Made by a program: the position numbers and the translations under genes
In this document: positions 23,585 to 34,400 of the stretch, one piece after another
Position numbering within the stretch: position 1 is the stretch's first letter
How the letters are laid out: each line of letters begins with the position of its first letter
Source of the DNA: Acidobacteriota bacterium
GTDB taxonomy: Bacteria > Acidobacteriota > Blastocatellia > Pyrinomonadales > Pyrinomonadaceae
Length of the DNA: 64,000 nt
NCBI GenBank assembly: GCA_032229975.1
Contig: JAVXVG010000017.1
Location: forward strand, 87,557-151,556
Direction of reading: 5' to 3'
The notes under the pieces: generated by a model
What the model saw: the letters and a program-made list of their open reading frames with translations, nothing else
Databases searched by the model: none
Told to the model about the DNA's origin: nothing

Positions 23585-26500
23585 CTATGGCAGCGCCTCG
23601 ACGATGACGAAGAAGCGGAAGTTTCCTGCCCCCTGCACGCCGAGCAGGAAATTGAAACTCTTCGACGAGCCGGGCGCGAGCGGGGAGAGCAACGAGATTG
23701 TCCCCGCCGAGAGCGTCGAGTTGTAAGCGCCGCCGTTGGGTTGCGTTGGAGGCTCCTCAAGTGTCAACGCCTCGGCCGTCTTGGAGCTGCCGCCCGTGAT
23801 GCTGATGACGCTTGTCGTAGAAGTGCGCGCCCTCAGGTCTGCCGTGCCCGGAGAAGTAGTGGCTTGGGGGAACGTCGTGATGTCCACGATGCGAAAGCGC
23901 AGACGTGTTACCACCCCGCCCGTGTTGTTCGTGAACGTGCGACGAATGGTGAGCGTGCCGAAGGTCGAGTTGTTGAACGAATCGCCCGTGAAATCGCGCT
24001 CGCGGTTGGGTGGGCTGGCGCTAGAGAGGGCCGGGTCAAAGAGCGTTGACTTAATCGTCCCGCCACGATTCACCGGAGAGGTGCTGTTCTCAGGGCCCGG
24101 AGCGCCGAGGCGTTGCTGTCCGCCTGTGGGCGTGCCGTTGGTATCGACTAAGAGGAAGTCTGCTGCGTTGTTGTCCGTGTCCTTCGGCAAGCCCGTGATC
24201 GCCATGTCGCGATAGAGGCTGTGCTCGATTGCGGCTGAAGCGCCTCCGGCAAGCGGCGCGTAGCCCGCGCCCTCCCTGTAGAGCGTGTTGGTATCGGCAC
24301 TCGAGCCGACGGCGTCGATCCGGTTGACGAGTGTGAAGTTCGCGGCGGTCGCCGTGTTGAAGATGGCGATGCCGGAGTTGAACGGAATGTCGGTGGCGTA
24401 GGTGGCGTCGCCGGTGGCGTTGCCGTTGCCCGCAGGGTAGGCGGCTAAGGAGTAGCCAACCGAGTTGGTGCACAGGTAGTGCCCGCGCGCGGGGATAACC
24501 GTCCCCGTAGGAATCGTGCAGCGCAACGTCGGCACTCCGTCGTTTAGCGTGGTGTTCGAGGATGAAACCACTCCGTAACCCGCCGAGCCGTCGCCCGTCA
24601 AGACGGTGAAGGGCGAGGTCGAAGGATTATAGATTTCGATGAACTCATCGTTCGCGCCGTTCGGACCATGCAGCCGGAACTCGCTGATGTTGAGATCGCC
24701 CGCACCTGCGGGAACCGCGACCTTCGCCCACTGCGTGCCCCAACGACTGTCGTTCGAGCCCGTGCCGGGCGGGATGCGCGTACCCGCGAACTCCTGAATG
24801 GTCCACATGTCGCGGTCGTTGACCGGATCGACGTGCGTCGCGCTGTAGTCGCCCCAGCGATTGACCGTGCCGCTGAAGGTCTTCGAGTAGTAGTCCTCGC
24901 CCGCCTTGTAGATGAACGGGTCGCGCGTCGTGCCTGCGGCGTCGCCGTTGAGACGCACTGAGTAACCGGCGGAGGCAAACTGGTTCGAAGCGAACTGCGA
25001 GTAGCCGATCATCATGTCGTCGTTCTTGTTGACGGAGAGCGACGAGTAGGCGTAGAGCTTGCCGCCGTTAACGAGCGTCGCCGTCGGGTCTTGAATGCGC
25101 CCGCCATCAACGAAACTACCCGTCGTGTCAATCTTCGTCCACTGCACCGCGACGCGGGAGCCGGTGGTGATGGAGCCCCCCGCCGGAAAGATGACGGTCT
25201 GCGAGTACCAGATGTTGCCGTTGCGGAAGACGGGATTGCTGCGTACCTGCGAGTCGCCCGCGTCCATCCTCCTGATCGTTGCCGGGCAGGTGTGAGCCGC
25301 GGTCGGGAATCCCGCGATGCACTGCTGCGAGAGGGCTTCGGCTCCTGACTGCGTCCAGCCGCCGCCGGTGCGTGTCTTTACCGCTCCGATGGCGAGCACC
25401 GGGGCACTGGGCGTGCCCGTGATGGTGCCCAGATCGTAGGTCGCGCCACCGCTCGACAGGTGCTGCGGGAGGTAGAGCGTCGGCTCGTTGGCGTCGAAGG
25501 TCTTGGCGGGGTGCAGACAGAAACCGATGGCTGCGCCGGTAAAGAGCGTGGCCGTGGCGGTGCCGGCGCGCGACGCCGGGTAGTCGAGCACGAGCACCTT
25601 CCCCTCGACGAAGCTGCCGTTGCAGGTCGTCGCGCCGCTCGTGCCAGTGGCCTGAATCTGGAACATGTTCATCGAGACTGTGATCCAGTTCTTGTTGAAG
25701 CCGAGCATCGGGAAGTCAGCCCACTCGCCGCACGCATTTTGCCCCGCAGGCGGGGCTGCGGCGACGGCGCTGCCGACGGTGAAACGATAGACGTTATAAC
25801 TGCCCGACGGGTCGGAGGTCTGCGAGACGGCGATCTCGATGGAGGAGTTTGCCGTCTGCGGGTTCGAGTCCTCGGCGAGAATCCAACGGTTGTTGTACGG
25901 GTCGTAGGTGATGCGTGGATCGAAGAAGCCAGAGCCGCCCGACCCCGTCCAGAAAGTGTCGGACGAGACGGTCGTGAGCGGCGCGCCCGTGAGCTTGTCC
26001 TGAACGCGATAGTTGCTGTTTGTGTTGACGAAAACTTTGTCCAGACCGACCGCGCCTTGCGTGTCTGGCGGAATGTCGAACTCGGTCGAGCCGATCTTGG
26101 GGCCATCCTCCTGACCCAGATAGGTTGAAGATGGCGATGGCGAAGCCACCATCGGCTGGAGCACGGAATCAACCGGCGCGGCGGGCGGTGCGAACTCGCC
26201 CTGCGGCGTCTCAGGTTCCGCAACCGTTCCCGGCGCGGGCATCACTCTCAAGGTCTCCCCTTGAGCGGCTCTGCTGCCAACTTTGTTGCCCGCCTTTTTC
26301 TTGTCAGCCATCTTTGCCAACTGATCGAAATTGACGACGCTGACCGACACGGGCGACACGCGTGAGCCTTGAACGTCGCCGCGCGTCTGCATGGGCGCAG
26401 GCGTCTGCGCGGGCAGCGGAGCATACACACTACTCACGTTCTTCGCCCCATCGCGCTTCTGCTTTTGCGCCGCGACGGGCTGCACGCCCGACAGCAGTAG

Positions 26501-26662
26501 GCACTGCGCCAGCAGCGACAGGCAGAGCGCGACTCGCACGGATTTTCTTAACCTGCGATATGAGTCCGCGCGAAACGTTCTAACAAATTTTTTCAGGGAA
26601 TCCCTGCTTGATGTCGCCAACATATTGGTGGCATTGCAAAGGAGGAGGGTGCTTCTCTTCAT
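23585..26662 (-). CDS. large secreted protein with a C-terminal lamin-tail-domain (LTD) module
   Basis: 1025 aa with a signal/anchor region. LTD signature NISEFRLHGPNGANDEFIEIYN. The last 368 aa align with the C-terminus of the 1581-aa protein at 31484. Confidence 0.8.
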   Translation of the reverse strand: MKRSTLLLCNATNMLATSSRDSLKKFVRTFRADSYRRLRKSVRVALCLSLLAQCLLLSGVQPVAAQKQKRDGAKNVSSVYAPLPAQTPAPMQTRGDVQGSRVSPVSVSVVNFDQLAKMADKKKAGNKVGSRAAQGETLRVMPAPGTVAEPETPQGEFAPPAAPVDSVLQPMVASPSPSSTYLGQEDGPKIGSTEFDIPPDTQGAVGLDKVFVNTNSNYRVQDKLTGAPLTTVSSDTFWTGSGGSGFFDPRITYDPYNNRWILAEDSNPQTANSSIEIAVSQTSDPSGSYNVYRFTVGSAVAAAPPAGQNACGEWADFPMLGFNKNWITVSMNMFQIQATGTSGATTCNGSFVEGKVLVLDYPASRAGTATATLFTGAAIGFCLHPAKTFDANEPTLYLPQHLSSGGATYDLGTITGTPSAPVLAIGAVKTRTGGGWTQSGAEALSQQCIAGFPTAAHTCPATIRRMDAGDSQVRSNPVFRNGNIWYSQTVIFPAGGSITTGSRVAVQWTKIDTTGSFVDGGRIQDPTATLVNGGKLYAYSSLSVNKNDDMMIGYSQFASNQFASAGYSVRLNGDAAGTTRDPFIYKAGEDYYSKTFSGTVNRWGDYSATHVDPVNDRDMWTIQEFAGTRIPPGTGSNDSRWGTQWAKVAVPAGAGDLNISEFRLHGPNGANDEFIEIYNPSTSPFTVLTGDGSAGYGVVSSSNTTLNDGVPTLRCTIPTGTVIPARGHYLCTNSVGYSLAAYPAGNGNATGDATYATDIPFNSGIAIFNTATAANFTLVNRIDAVGSSADTNTLYREGAGYAPLAGGASAAIEHSLYRDMAITGLPKDTDNNAADFLLVDTNGTPTGGQQRLGAPGPENSTSPVNRGGTIKSTLFDPALSSASPPNRERDFTGDSFNNSTFGTLTIRRTFTNNTGGVVTRLRFRIVDITTFPQATTSPGTADLRARTSTTSVISITGGSSKTAEALTLEEPPTQPNGGAYNSTLSAGTISLLSPLAPGSSKSFNFLLGVQGAGNFRFFVIVEALP

Positions 26663-26943
26663 TTCTCTCTATATGCTCCGTTTGGGTCGCTCAAGGACGT
26701 TGGTTTGGTACAAAGCGTAACGTTATGCTCACGCAGCCGAAGATCGGCAGCTCGTCAGTTTGTACAGAATTAGCGAGGAGTGCTGATGCTCTCGTGCTCT
26801 ACACTGAAGTGTCTTGGAAGATTCGACGCGGAAACAGTCTCACGCTGCTTTGTGCTCTACATAAATTGCCGGTACTGGCAAAGGATGAACGCGGACGGTT
26901 CTGTGGAAACAGGCGAGCCTTCAAAAGTGGATTACGGATATGG

Positions 26944-26973
26944 ATAGTAGAACACCCATATCCTAAATGACAA
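26944..26973 (-). promoter_or_regulatory. candidate promoter for the 1025-aa LTD protein gene (leader of about 280 nt)
   Basis: On the minus strand: TTGTCA (26968-26973), an 18-nt spacer, then TACTAT (26944-26949). It lies in a lower-GC intergenic region. Confidence 0.3.
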
Positions 26974-27063
26974 GTGAACTCCCTACTTGGATCAAAACTC
27001 TTTCGAGGGGGATGTCAATCGAACACTCTGCCTCGCTGACGATCCATAAGCGATGCAGAGACT

Positions 27064-27885
27064 TCATCCCTTGCGGCGTGCAGAAGGGTGCTCCGAGATC
27101 GCCTGTCCCTTCGTGCACCTTCCGGTTTCAAGATTTACCGCGCCGATGTAGATAGGCTCATCGTCGCCCTCGTCTCCCTCATTCTCTACTGCATCCATCC
27201 GCGACTGTCCGGGCGGGCCCCCGGAACGACTCTTCTTAGCTCGCTCTCTGCGCTCTCGCTCCGCACGCTCCGCCCATTCTTTGCGTCGCAGCTTTGGCAT
27301 CGAGGTAGCAATGAAGACCAGCGCCGTCTGCCCGTCTGCGCCGTCTGCCTGCAACACGACCGCCCCGTTCGCGTATGCGCCGATGCACGATCTCATGATC
27401 CGCTTGGCTCGCCACTTCGAGATGACATGGAGTACATCATGCGCCGAGTGCAGCGTCGCGCGCGCCGAGTGCGTATCGACGCGGCCTCCTTTCTCATCGG
27501 TATAGAAGCCGAGCGAGTCGATGACGACCGCGCTGTACTCTCCGATGGAGAAATGCCAGAGTATGCGCCGGTCGTTTGCGGAGTTGACGACGTGGCTGAG
27601 CCTGAAGTGTGCGTCGAAGTATGACTCGGAAAAACCCGCCGCGATGATCGCCGCGCGCGAACCTTGCGCCATCCTCGATTCTTCGTCGGTGAGTTTCATA
27701 TTGATGGGCGCGCTCACAGCTTCTTGCGCCAGCCCCTTCGCAGGCTTTGCCCCGGACTCGCGCCGGCGCGAAGTCTGCCGAACCTGTGCGCGCGCAAGCG
27801 TAAGATAGCCGGACGCGGCGAAGGCGAGAACAACGATGACGACAAGAGAAAGCGAAACGAAGACTGAATATATTTTTTTGTCCAT
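27064..27885 (-). CDS. membrane-anchored hypothetical protein
   Basis: 273 aa with an N-terminal TM helix (VFVSLSLVVIVVLAFAASGYL) and a charged C-terminal tail. I recognise no family. Confidence 0.55.
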   Translation of the reverse strand: MDKKIYSVFVSLSLVVIVVLAFAASGYLTLARAQVRQTSRRRESGAKPAKGLAQEAVSAPINMKLTDEESRMAQGSRAAIIAAGFSESYFDAHFRLSHVVNSANDRRILWHFSIGEYSAVVIDSLGFYTDEKGGRVDTHSARATLHSAHDVLHVISKWRAKRIMRSCIGAYANGAVVLQADGADGQTALVFIATSMPKLRRKEWAERAERERRERAKKSRSGGPPGQSRMDAVENEGDEGDDEPIYIGAVNLETGRCTKGQAISEHPSARRKG

Positions 27886-28043
27886 GTGACAAAGGAAACG
27901 CTTGATAGGCGGCGCGCTGCGGAGAAGATAACCCTTAGAGCCGCGCGCTTAACATTTGAGAGCACGATGATAGACTTCTCAGTCGTAGAATTTTTTACCG
28001 GCGCGCGCCCGTGGATGCGGACGCATTCTAACAGTCGCAAATC

Positions 28044-29465
28044 GTGAGCACCAACACGCACGCAGACGCGTCTGCAAAGACGCATAGACTCGCACGTCGC
28101 CTCGGACTCTTCGATGTGACGATGCTTGTGATGGGCGGCATCGTCGGCGCGGGAATTTTCATGAACCCGCACGTTGTGGCCGAGAGCGTCCGCACGCCCG
28201 CGCTGATGCTCGCGGCGTGGACACTCGGAGGCGCGGTCGCACTTGCGGGCGCGCTCGTCTATGCGGAACTCGCGTCGCGTCTGCCCGAAGTCGGCGGGCA
28301 GTATGCTTATCTTCGCGAAGCCTTCCATCCGTCGGTCGCGTTTCTTTATGGATGGGTGCTCTTGCTCGTCGTGCAGACGGGCGGCATGGCGGCGGTGGCC
28401 GTCACCTTCGCCAGCTACTTTCTCGAACTGACGCATGCGCCTTTGAGCGACTGGATGATCGCCTCGCTCGCGCTTGCGCTCCTCACCATCGTCAACTGTC
28501 TCGGCGTGCGCGCGGGCGGAAGCCTTCAGAGCGTGCTCATGGTTTTGAAGATCGCGGCCATCATCGCGCTCGTCGTCTGCGGTCTCATCTTCACAGGTGC
28601 GCGCGGCGCGACTCTCACGCCCGTGCTCGACCGGCCCGTCTCGCTCGATCTGTTAACTGCCTTCGGCGCGGCGCTCACGCCCGTGATGTTCGCCTACGGC
28701 GGCTGGCAAACTTCCGGCTTCGTCGCCGGAGAGATGCGCAATCCGCGACGCGATCTGACGCGCGGCCTTATCTTCGGCGTTGTCGGCGTCGTCTTGCTCT
28801 ACCTTGCAGTGAGCTTCATCTGCGTCGCCGCACTCGGCGCGCAAGGACTCGCTCAGACGGCGACGCCCGCCACCGCCGTCATGCGTCTCGCGCTCGGCGA
28901 GAGGGGGGCGAAACTGATCGCCGCAGGGATCGCGATCTCAACGCTCGGCTTCCTCAGTCAAGGAATGCTCACCGCGCCGCGCGTCTATTTTGCGATGGCT
29001 GACGATGGACTCTTTTTCCAAGCCGTGGCGCGCGTGAGCAGACGCACGCGCGTGCCCGTGGTCGCGATTGCGCTGCAAGGCATCTTCGCGATCTTGATCG
29101 CCTTGTCGAAGAGCTATGGTCAGATTCTGAACTACGTCGTATCGGTCGATTTCATCTTCTTCGGTCTGACGGGCCTCGCGCTCTTCCGTATGCGTCGTCG
29201 TCAAACATCTGAAAGCAGATCAACGCTTGAAAGAAGCGCGGGCGCGGAGCAAGATGCGCAGGGCATGGGCGCTACACGTGACGCTTCACGCTTTCGCGTG
29301 CCGGGCCACCCGTTGACGACCGTGCTCTTCGTCGCCGCGTGTTGGATCGTTGTCGCGGCGACGATCTACAAGAGCTTCGCCGACAGCATCGTCGGTCTGC
29401 TCATTCTCGCGGCGGGGCTGCCCGCATATATTTTCTGGTCGCGACAAAGGAGAAAACTTTTATGA
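28044..29465 (+). CDS. APC-superfamily amino-acid permease
   Basis: 473 aa, about 12 TM segments, GTG start. N-terminal GLFDVTMLVMGGIVGAGIF motif. Confidence 0.85.
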   Translation: MSTNTHADASAKTHRLARRLGLFDVTMLVMGGIVGAGIFMNPHVVAESVRTPALMLAAWTLGGAVALAGALVYAELASRLPEVGGQYAYLREAFHPSVAFLYGWVLLLVVQTGGMAAVAVTFASYFLELTHAPLSDWMIASLALALLTIVNCLGVRAGGSLQSVLMVLKIAAIIALVVCGLIFTGARGATLTPVLDRPVSLDLLTAFGAALTPVMFAYGGWQTSGFVAGEMRNPRRDLTRGLIFGVVGVVLLYLAVSFICVAALGAQGLAQTATPATAVMRLALGERGAKLIAAGIAISTLGFLSQGMLTAPRVYFAMADDGLFFQAVARVSRRTRVPVVAIALQGIFAILIALSKSYGQILNYVVSVDFIFFGLTGLALFRMRRRQTSESRSTLERSAGAEQDAQGMGATRDASRFRVPGHPLTTVLFVAACWIVVAATIYKSFADSIVGLLILAAGLPAYIFWSRQRRKLL

Positions 29466-30568
29466 GTGCGACGCAAGAAGGCCAACAACGCGTCGAAGGA
29501 TCGGCTTACATCCATTGGGCGAAGACCGCGCAGTCGGCGGTGCGCTTCAATCTGGCTAATAGCGGGATGCGTCACTACAAGCTCGCGGACTTGCCAGTCC
29601 AACTCTCCGATCTAGAGCTATCGGGCCCGAGCTTCTACGGCTACGCGCCTTTGCAAGAGGCCCTCGCGCGCAAGTGTGAGACGACGCCCGACTGCGTCGT
29701 CGCCGCAAACGGCACTTCGATGGCGAACCACTTGGCGATGGCTGCGCTCATCAATCCCGGCGACGAAGTCTTGATCGAGCAGCCCGCATACGAGCCCTTG
29801 CTCGCTGTCGCGAACTATCTCGGCGCGCGCGTGCGTCGCTTCGCGCGACCATCGGAAAAACAGTTTCGACTTGACGCGGCGGAGGTCGAGCGCGCGATCA
29901 CTCCGCAGACGCGACTCGTCGTCGTCACGAATCTGCACAACCCTTCAAATGCGCTCGCCGACAACGACACCTTGCGAGAGATCGGCGACGTGGCGCGAAG
30001 GGCCGGTGCGCGCGTGCTCGTCGATGAAGTCTATTTGGATTCAGCGTTCGACGCCGCGCCGCACACGTCGTTTCGTTTGGGCCAGCAGTTCGTCGTCACG
30101 AGTAGTTTGACGAAAGCCTATGGCTTGAGCGGCCTGCGCTGCGGCTGGATTCTCGCCGAGCCCGCGCTGGCGCAAAAGATGTGGCGACTCAGCGACATCT
30201 TCGGCGTGCTGCAACCGCATCCGTCGGAACTACTCTCCGTCGTCGCGCTCGAACATCTTGACGAGATCGCGGAGTCTTCACGTGCGTTGCTCGCAATGAA
30301 TCGCACGCTCTTCAATCAATTCCTCGCCTCGCGCGAAGACCTCGAAGCGTTGCCTTCCATGCACGGCACTGTCTCTTTCCCGCGCCTGCTCACAAGCGAT
30401 CCTGAAACTCTCTGCGCGCTGCTTGCGGAGAAGTACGAGACCTCGCTCGTGCCCGGCTCGTGCTTTGAGGAGCCGCGACACTTCCGCATCGGACTGGCCC
30501 TCGAACCCGACATCTTCCGCGAAGGTCTCTCGCGCCTCGGCTCTGCGCTCGACGAGTTGAAGCGGTGA
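29462..30568 (+). CDS. class I/II PLP-dependent aminotransferase
   Basis: The start ATG overlaps the permease stop (ATGA). ...VVTNLHNPSN...VDEVY...SLTKAYGLSGLRCGW contains the PLP lysine context. Confidence 0.8.
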   Translation: MSATQEGQQRVEGSAYIHWAKTAQSAVRFNLANSGMRHYKLADLPVQLSDLELSGPSFYGYAPLQEALARKCETTPDCVVAANGTSMANHLAMAALINPGDEVLIEQPAYEPLLAVANYLGARVRRFARPSEKQFRLDAAEVERAITPQTRLVVVTNLHNPSNALADNDTLREIGDVARRAGARVLVDEVYLDSAFDAAPHTSFRLGQQFVVTSSLTKAYGLSGLRCGWILAEPALAQKMWRLSDIFGVLQPHPSELLSVVALEHLDEIAESSRALLAMNRTLFNQFLASREDLEALPSMHGTVSFPRLLTSDPETLCALLAEKYETSLVPGSCFEEPRHFRIGLALEPDIFREGLSRLGSALDELKR

Positions 30569-30643
30569 TGAACAAGTTGAAAGGGTAAAGAGTTTGATTC
30601 GTGCGACAGCGACTCGTGGGCCACAACGCGGCTATGCGGCGCG

Positions 30644-30970
30644 CTACATCGGTGGAGGTGTGGGCGTCGGCTTCGCAGCGCCCTCCGGCGGTTGCAAGAT
30701 CGGATCATAGCGGCGGTGCACGCGCGGCTTCGTAGTGCTCGTCGCCGCGTTCGTGTTGACGTTCTCGTCCACGCGTGGCACGGCTTCGGTTGAAGCGCGT
30801 TTCCGGCGTGCCACTCTTCTCGCGCGGCGGCGGGTGTGCCTTCTGCCATGATGTGAGGACTGCGCGTCCGTCGCGGCTCGATTGACGGGCCTGACTCGCT
30901 CCGAGCCAGAGATCAAGAATCCGTCGCTCGGCAAACACAGCAACGAAAGCAGCACAATCTGTCGAAGCAT
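30644..30970 (-). CDS. small basic secreted hypothetical protein
   Basis: 108 aa. Strong RBS AGGAGG 8 nt upstream of the ATG, a hydrophobic N-terminus and an Arg-rich core. Confidence 0.5.
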   Translation of the reverse strand: MLRQIVLLSLLCLPSDGFLISGSERVRPVNRAATDAQSSHHGRRHTRRRARRVARRKRASTEAVPRVDENVNTNAATSTTKPRVHRRYDPILQPPEGAAKPTPTPPPM

Positions 30971-31081
30971 ATCCTTCCCTCCTGAAATAACTCTACCAAT
31001 GCGCGCGGCGAAACTCGACGATACTTCGAGACGCTTAAAGTGGCATTGAACCTGATCGCCAACGCCGACGGCTTGCTCGCC

Positions 31082-31110
31082 TTGACATTCAATCGCACTC
31101 GCCTTTTAAT
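31082..31110 (+). promoter_or_regulatory. candidate promoter for the 1581-aa protein gene (leader of about 370 nt)
   Basis: TTGACA (31082-31087), a 17-nt spacer, then TTTAAT (31105-31110). Confidence 0.35.
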
Positions 31111-31483
31111 AGCACGCGCTGTTGCGATTGTCGCCGCCGGGCGAGTTCATTGTACGCTTCTCTCCAAAGTCCTTCCTGTAATCTAAGATTACTTCACAAG
31201 ATTCGGAATGTCGGGTCGATTATACGTTCTCTGATAGTAGCCGAAGCTACCGCGCCACACTAGCACCTGCGCTTGAACATCGCCGGATTGATCACGGTCG
31301 CGAATAAACAGCGCGATTTACCTATCGCAACGTCTCTGCTCTTTCGCTCTAACTTTGGCAGCCAAAATTTCCCTTCGACTTTCCACGCACGACTCAGTCG
31401 CCGCGCGTCTGCACGGCACGGGCAGGCCCTCGCGTCTCTGCCGTGTCGTCCGCTCATCACGTGTCCCCAAGGAGAATTAACCG

Positions 31484-34400
31484 ATGTTACGCAATAAACG
31501 CTTCCCCTCGTTCGTTCTCGCCGCCGCTCTCGCACTGAGTCTGACTATTCTGACTCTCGCGCGCTGGCAGCACGAGCGTTCCGCGCAAGCGACGGTCGCA
31601 CAGACCGCCGCGCAGTCCTCCTCCTCGCAACTTCGCCTTGCAGCCGCGCAGTCGGCCCCCCGCGTCGTTGCAGCTACGACAACAACAGTAGCCACAGATG
31701 GCGCGCAGGCAGACAAACACGCCGCAACGCACACATCAACGGCGCGCGCATCCGTCGCCCGCGCCGAGCACACAGCAGTCCGTCAGGACGGCGATAAGGC
31801 TGAAGAGGCGTCCGAACTCGCGCGCGAGGAGCGTCGCGAAGGTGAAGACAATGACGAGCAGCCGATCATGGTCAACCGCAACGGTAGGCAGTTGCAGGTC
31901 AATGCGGATCACGATCTCTTGAGGTTCGATCAGCCCGGCGAAGCCATGAGCGACTACGTGAAGAAGCGTCTGCCGACGGGCGCAACGGAGCTGCCCGTCG
32001 ATCGATACTTCGACGCGCTGGAGAAGGTGAAGCAGATGAAGCAGTACTCGACTGCTTCGCAGCGACTCGCGCCCTCCGAGGCGGAACTTGCCGCCGCCGC
32101 GTCGAAGAATAGAACCGACGACGTTAAACCAGAGATGGCCGGTGGCAACGCCGCAGGCGTGCTCGGCACGTGGACGAACCTCGGGCCCGGCAACGTCGGC
32201 GGGCGCACGCGCTCGCTCGTCATCGACCCGACGGACGCGAACATCATGTACGCGGGCGCAGTTGACGGCGGCATCTGGAAGACGACGAACGGCGGCACAT
32301 CTTGGTCGCCGCTCGATGACTTTCTGCCGAACATCGCCGTCACCACGATGGTGATGGACCCGTCCAATCACAACACGATCTACGCCGGTACGGGCGAAGG
32401 TTATTTCAACTCCGATGCCGTTCGCGGCGCGGGCATCTTCCGCACGACCGACGCGGGCGCACACTGGACGCGCCTGCCCTCGACCAACAACTCGAACTTC
32501 TTCTTCGTGCAGAAGGTGGCCGTCAGTCCGACCAACGGCCAGCACCTCTACGCGGCGACGCAGACAGGCGTGCAGCGAAGCCTCAACGGTGGCGCGTCGT
32601 GGACGCAGGTGCTCGCCTCCAACGCTGCCAACGGCGCGAACGGCGCGATGGACTTAGCGATGCGCACCGATCAGGCGACCGACTACATCTTCGCGACGGT
32701 CGGCACTTTCGCGCAGTCGCACATCTGGCGCAACACGGACGCGGGCGGTTCCGGCACGTGGACGGACGTTTACACGGAAGCGACCATGGAGCGCACGTCG
32801 CTCGCCATCGCGCCGTCGAACCAGAGCGTCATCTACGCGATGGCTGCCAGTACGACCGGCACGCTGGTCAACGGGCGCAACTATCAGGACGGACTGCTGG
32901 CCGTCTTCCGCTCGACCTCAAACGGCGACGCCGGCACATGGACGACGCAGGTGCGCAATAACAGTGCCAACAAGCAGGACACACTGCTGCTCTCAAACCC
33001 GGTCAACGGCGTGCTGACAGAGTGCGGCTTCGGCACGAGTCAGATGATCAATCAGGGCTGGTATCACAACCAGCTTGCCGTCGATCCGACCGACTCGAAC
33101 AAGGTCTGGGCTGCGGGCACGGACGTGTGGCGCTCCGACAACGGCGGCACGAACTGGGGCGTCGCCTCTTACTGGTGGTTCCAGGGCAACGGCACGCCGC
33201 CCGCCAACGGCGATCCGCAGCTCGTCCACGCAGACAATCACATCATCGTCTTCGCGCCCGGCTACAACGGCACGACCAACCAGAAGATGCTCGTCGGCGA
33301 CGACGGTGGCATCTACAAGACTGACAACGCACACGACGGCAACGTCGGCTACGCCACCGGCACGACGCCCTCAGGTGGCACAGTGACATCCACCAGTCCC
33401 ATCTGCGCCAACAATCCCGACCCCGTCACGGGCTACACTTTCCCGAACCCCGTCATCTGGGGCCCGCTCAACAACAATTATCAAGTGTCGCAGTTCAATC
33501 AGGGACTGCCCTATCCCGACGGCGCGTCCTACTTCGGCGGCACACAGGACAACGGCACGAATCGCGGCACGGACGCGGGTGGCCCTAACGGCTGGTCGCG
33601 CATCCTCGGCGGCGACGGCGGCTACGTTGGCGTCAACCCGACGAACACGCAAATTCTCTACGCGGAGAACACAGGCTTATCCTTCAAGCGGTCTAACGAC
33701 GGCGGCGGCAGTTTCGTCGCCAAGACTTCCGGCATCTCCGGCGACGTGTTCCCCTTCTACACTTTCTTCAGGATGGACCCGTCTGTGCCGACACGCCTCT
33801 GGCTCGGCGGTCGCTTCATGTGGCGCACCGACAACAACGGTGACACGTGGGTGAGGACGAGCAACGCGCAGCAGACCGGCGGCTCGATCACCGCGATGGC
33901 TATTGCGCCGACGAACTCGGATGCCGTTATCGACGGCGCGGCATCCGGCCAGCTCCGCCGCACGACGACGGGCACGACCCTCACCTCGACGAGCGTCTTG
34001 AATACGGTGTGGCTGCAATCCTTCACGCCGCGCGGCAACGGCAACGGCACGATCTCGTGGCTCGAATACGATCCGCAGAGCGCGTCGAACGTCTGGTGCA
34101 CCATCTCGAACTTCAACGGCGTGGCTAACGCCAACGGCACGAGCGCGGGCCATGTCTTCAAGAGCGCGGATGGCGGCGGGACGTGGACACTGGCAGACGG
34201 CACGCAGACAGCCAGCAACCCGAACGCGATCCCGGACATCCCGACGCACAGCGTCACGGTTGATCCGACGAACTCGCAACGCATCTACGTCGGCACAGAC
34301 CTCGGCGTCTTCGTCACGCTCGACGGCGGCGCAAACTGGTACAAGGAAGTCACCGGATTCTCCAACGTGCAGACGCAGTCGCTCTCGACGCTCACCAACG

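Noticed and set aside
26608-27155. ORFs of 120 aa and 62 aa lie in the lower-GC intergenic region upstream of the LTD protein gene.
   Set aside because: They have no RBS, odd composition, and the opposite orientation to the flanking operon logic. The region is better explained as a promoter and leader.
27886-28043. The 158-nt upstream region of the amino-acid permease might be a riboswitch (for example glycine or lysine).
   Set aside because: I could not find the conserved cores of the amino-acid riboswitch classes that I know. Only generic GC-rich hairpins are present. A cmscan run would settle this.
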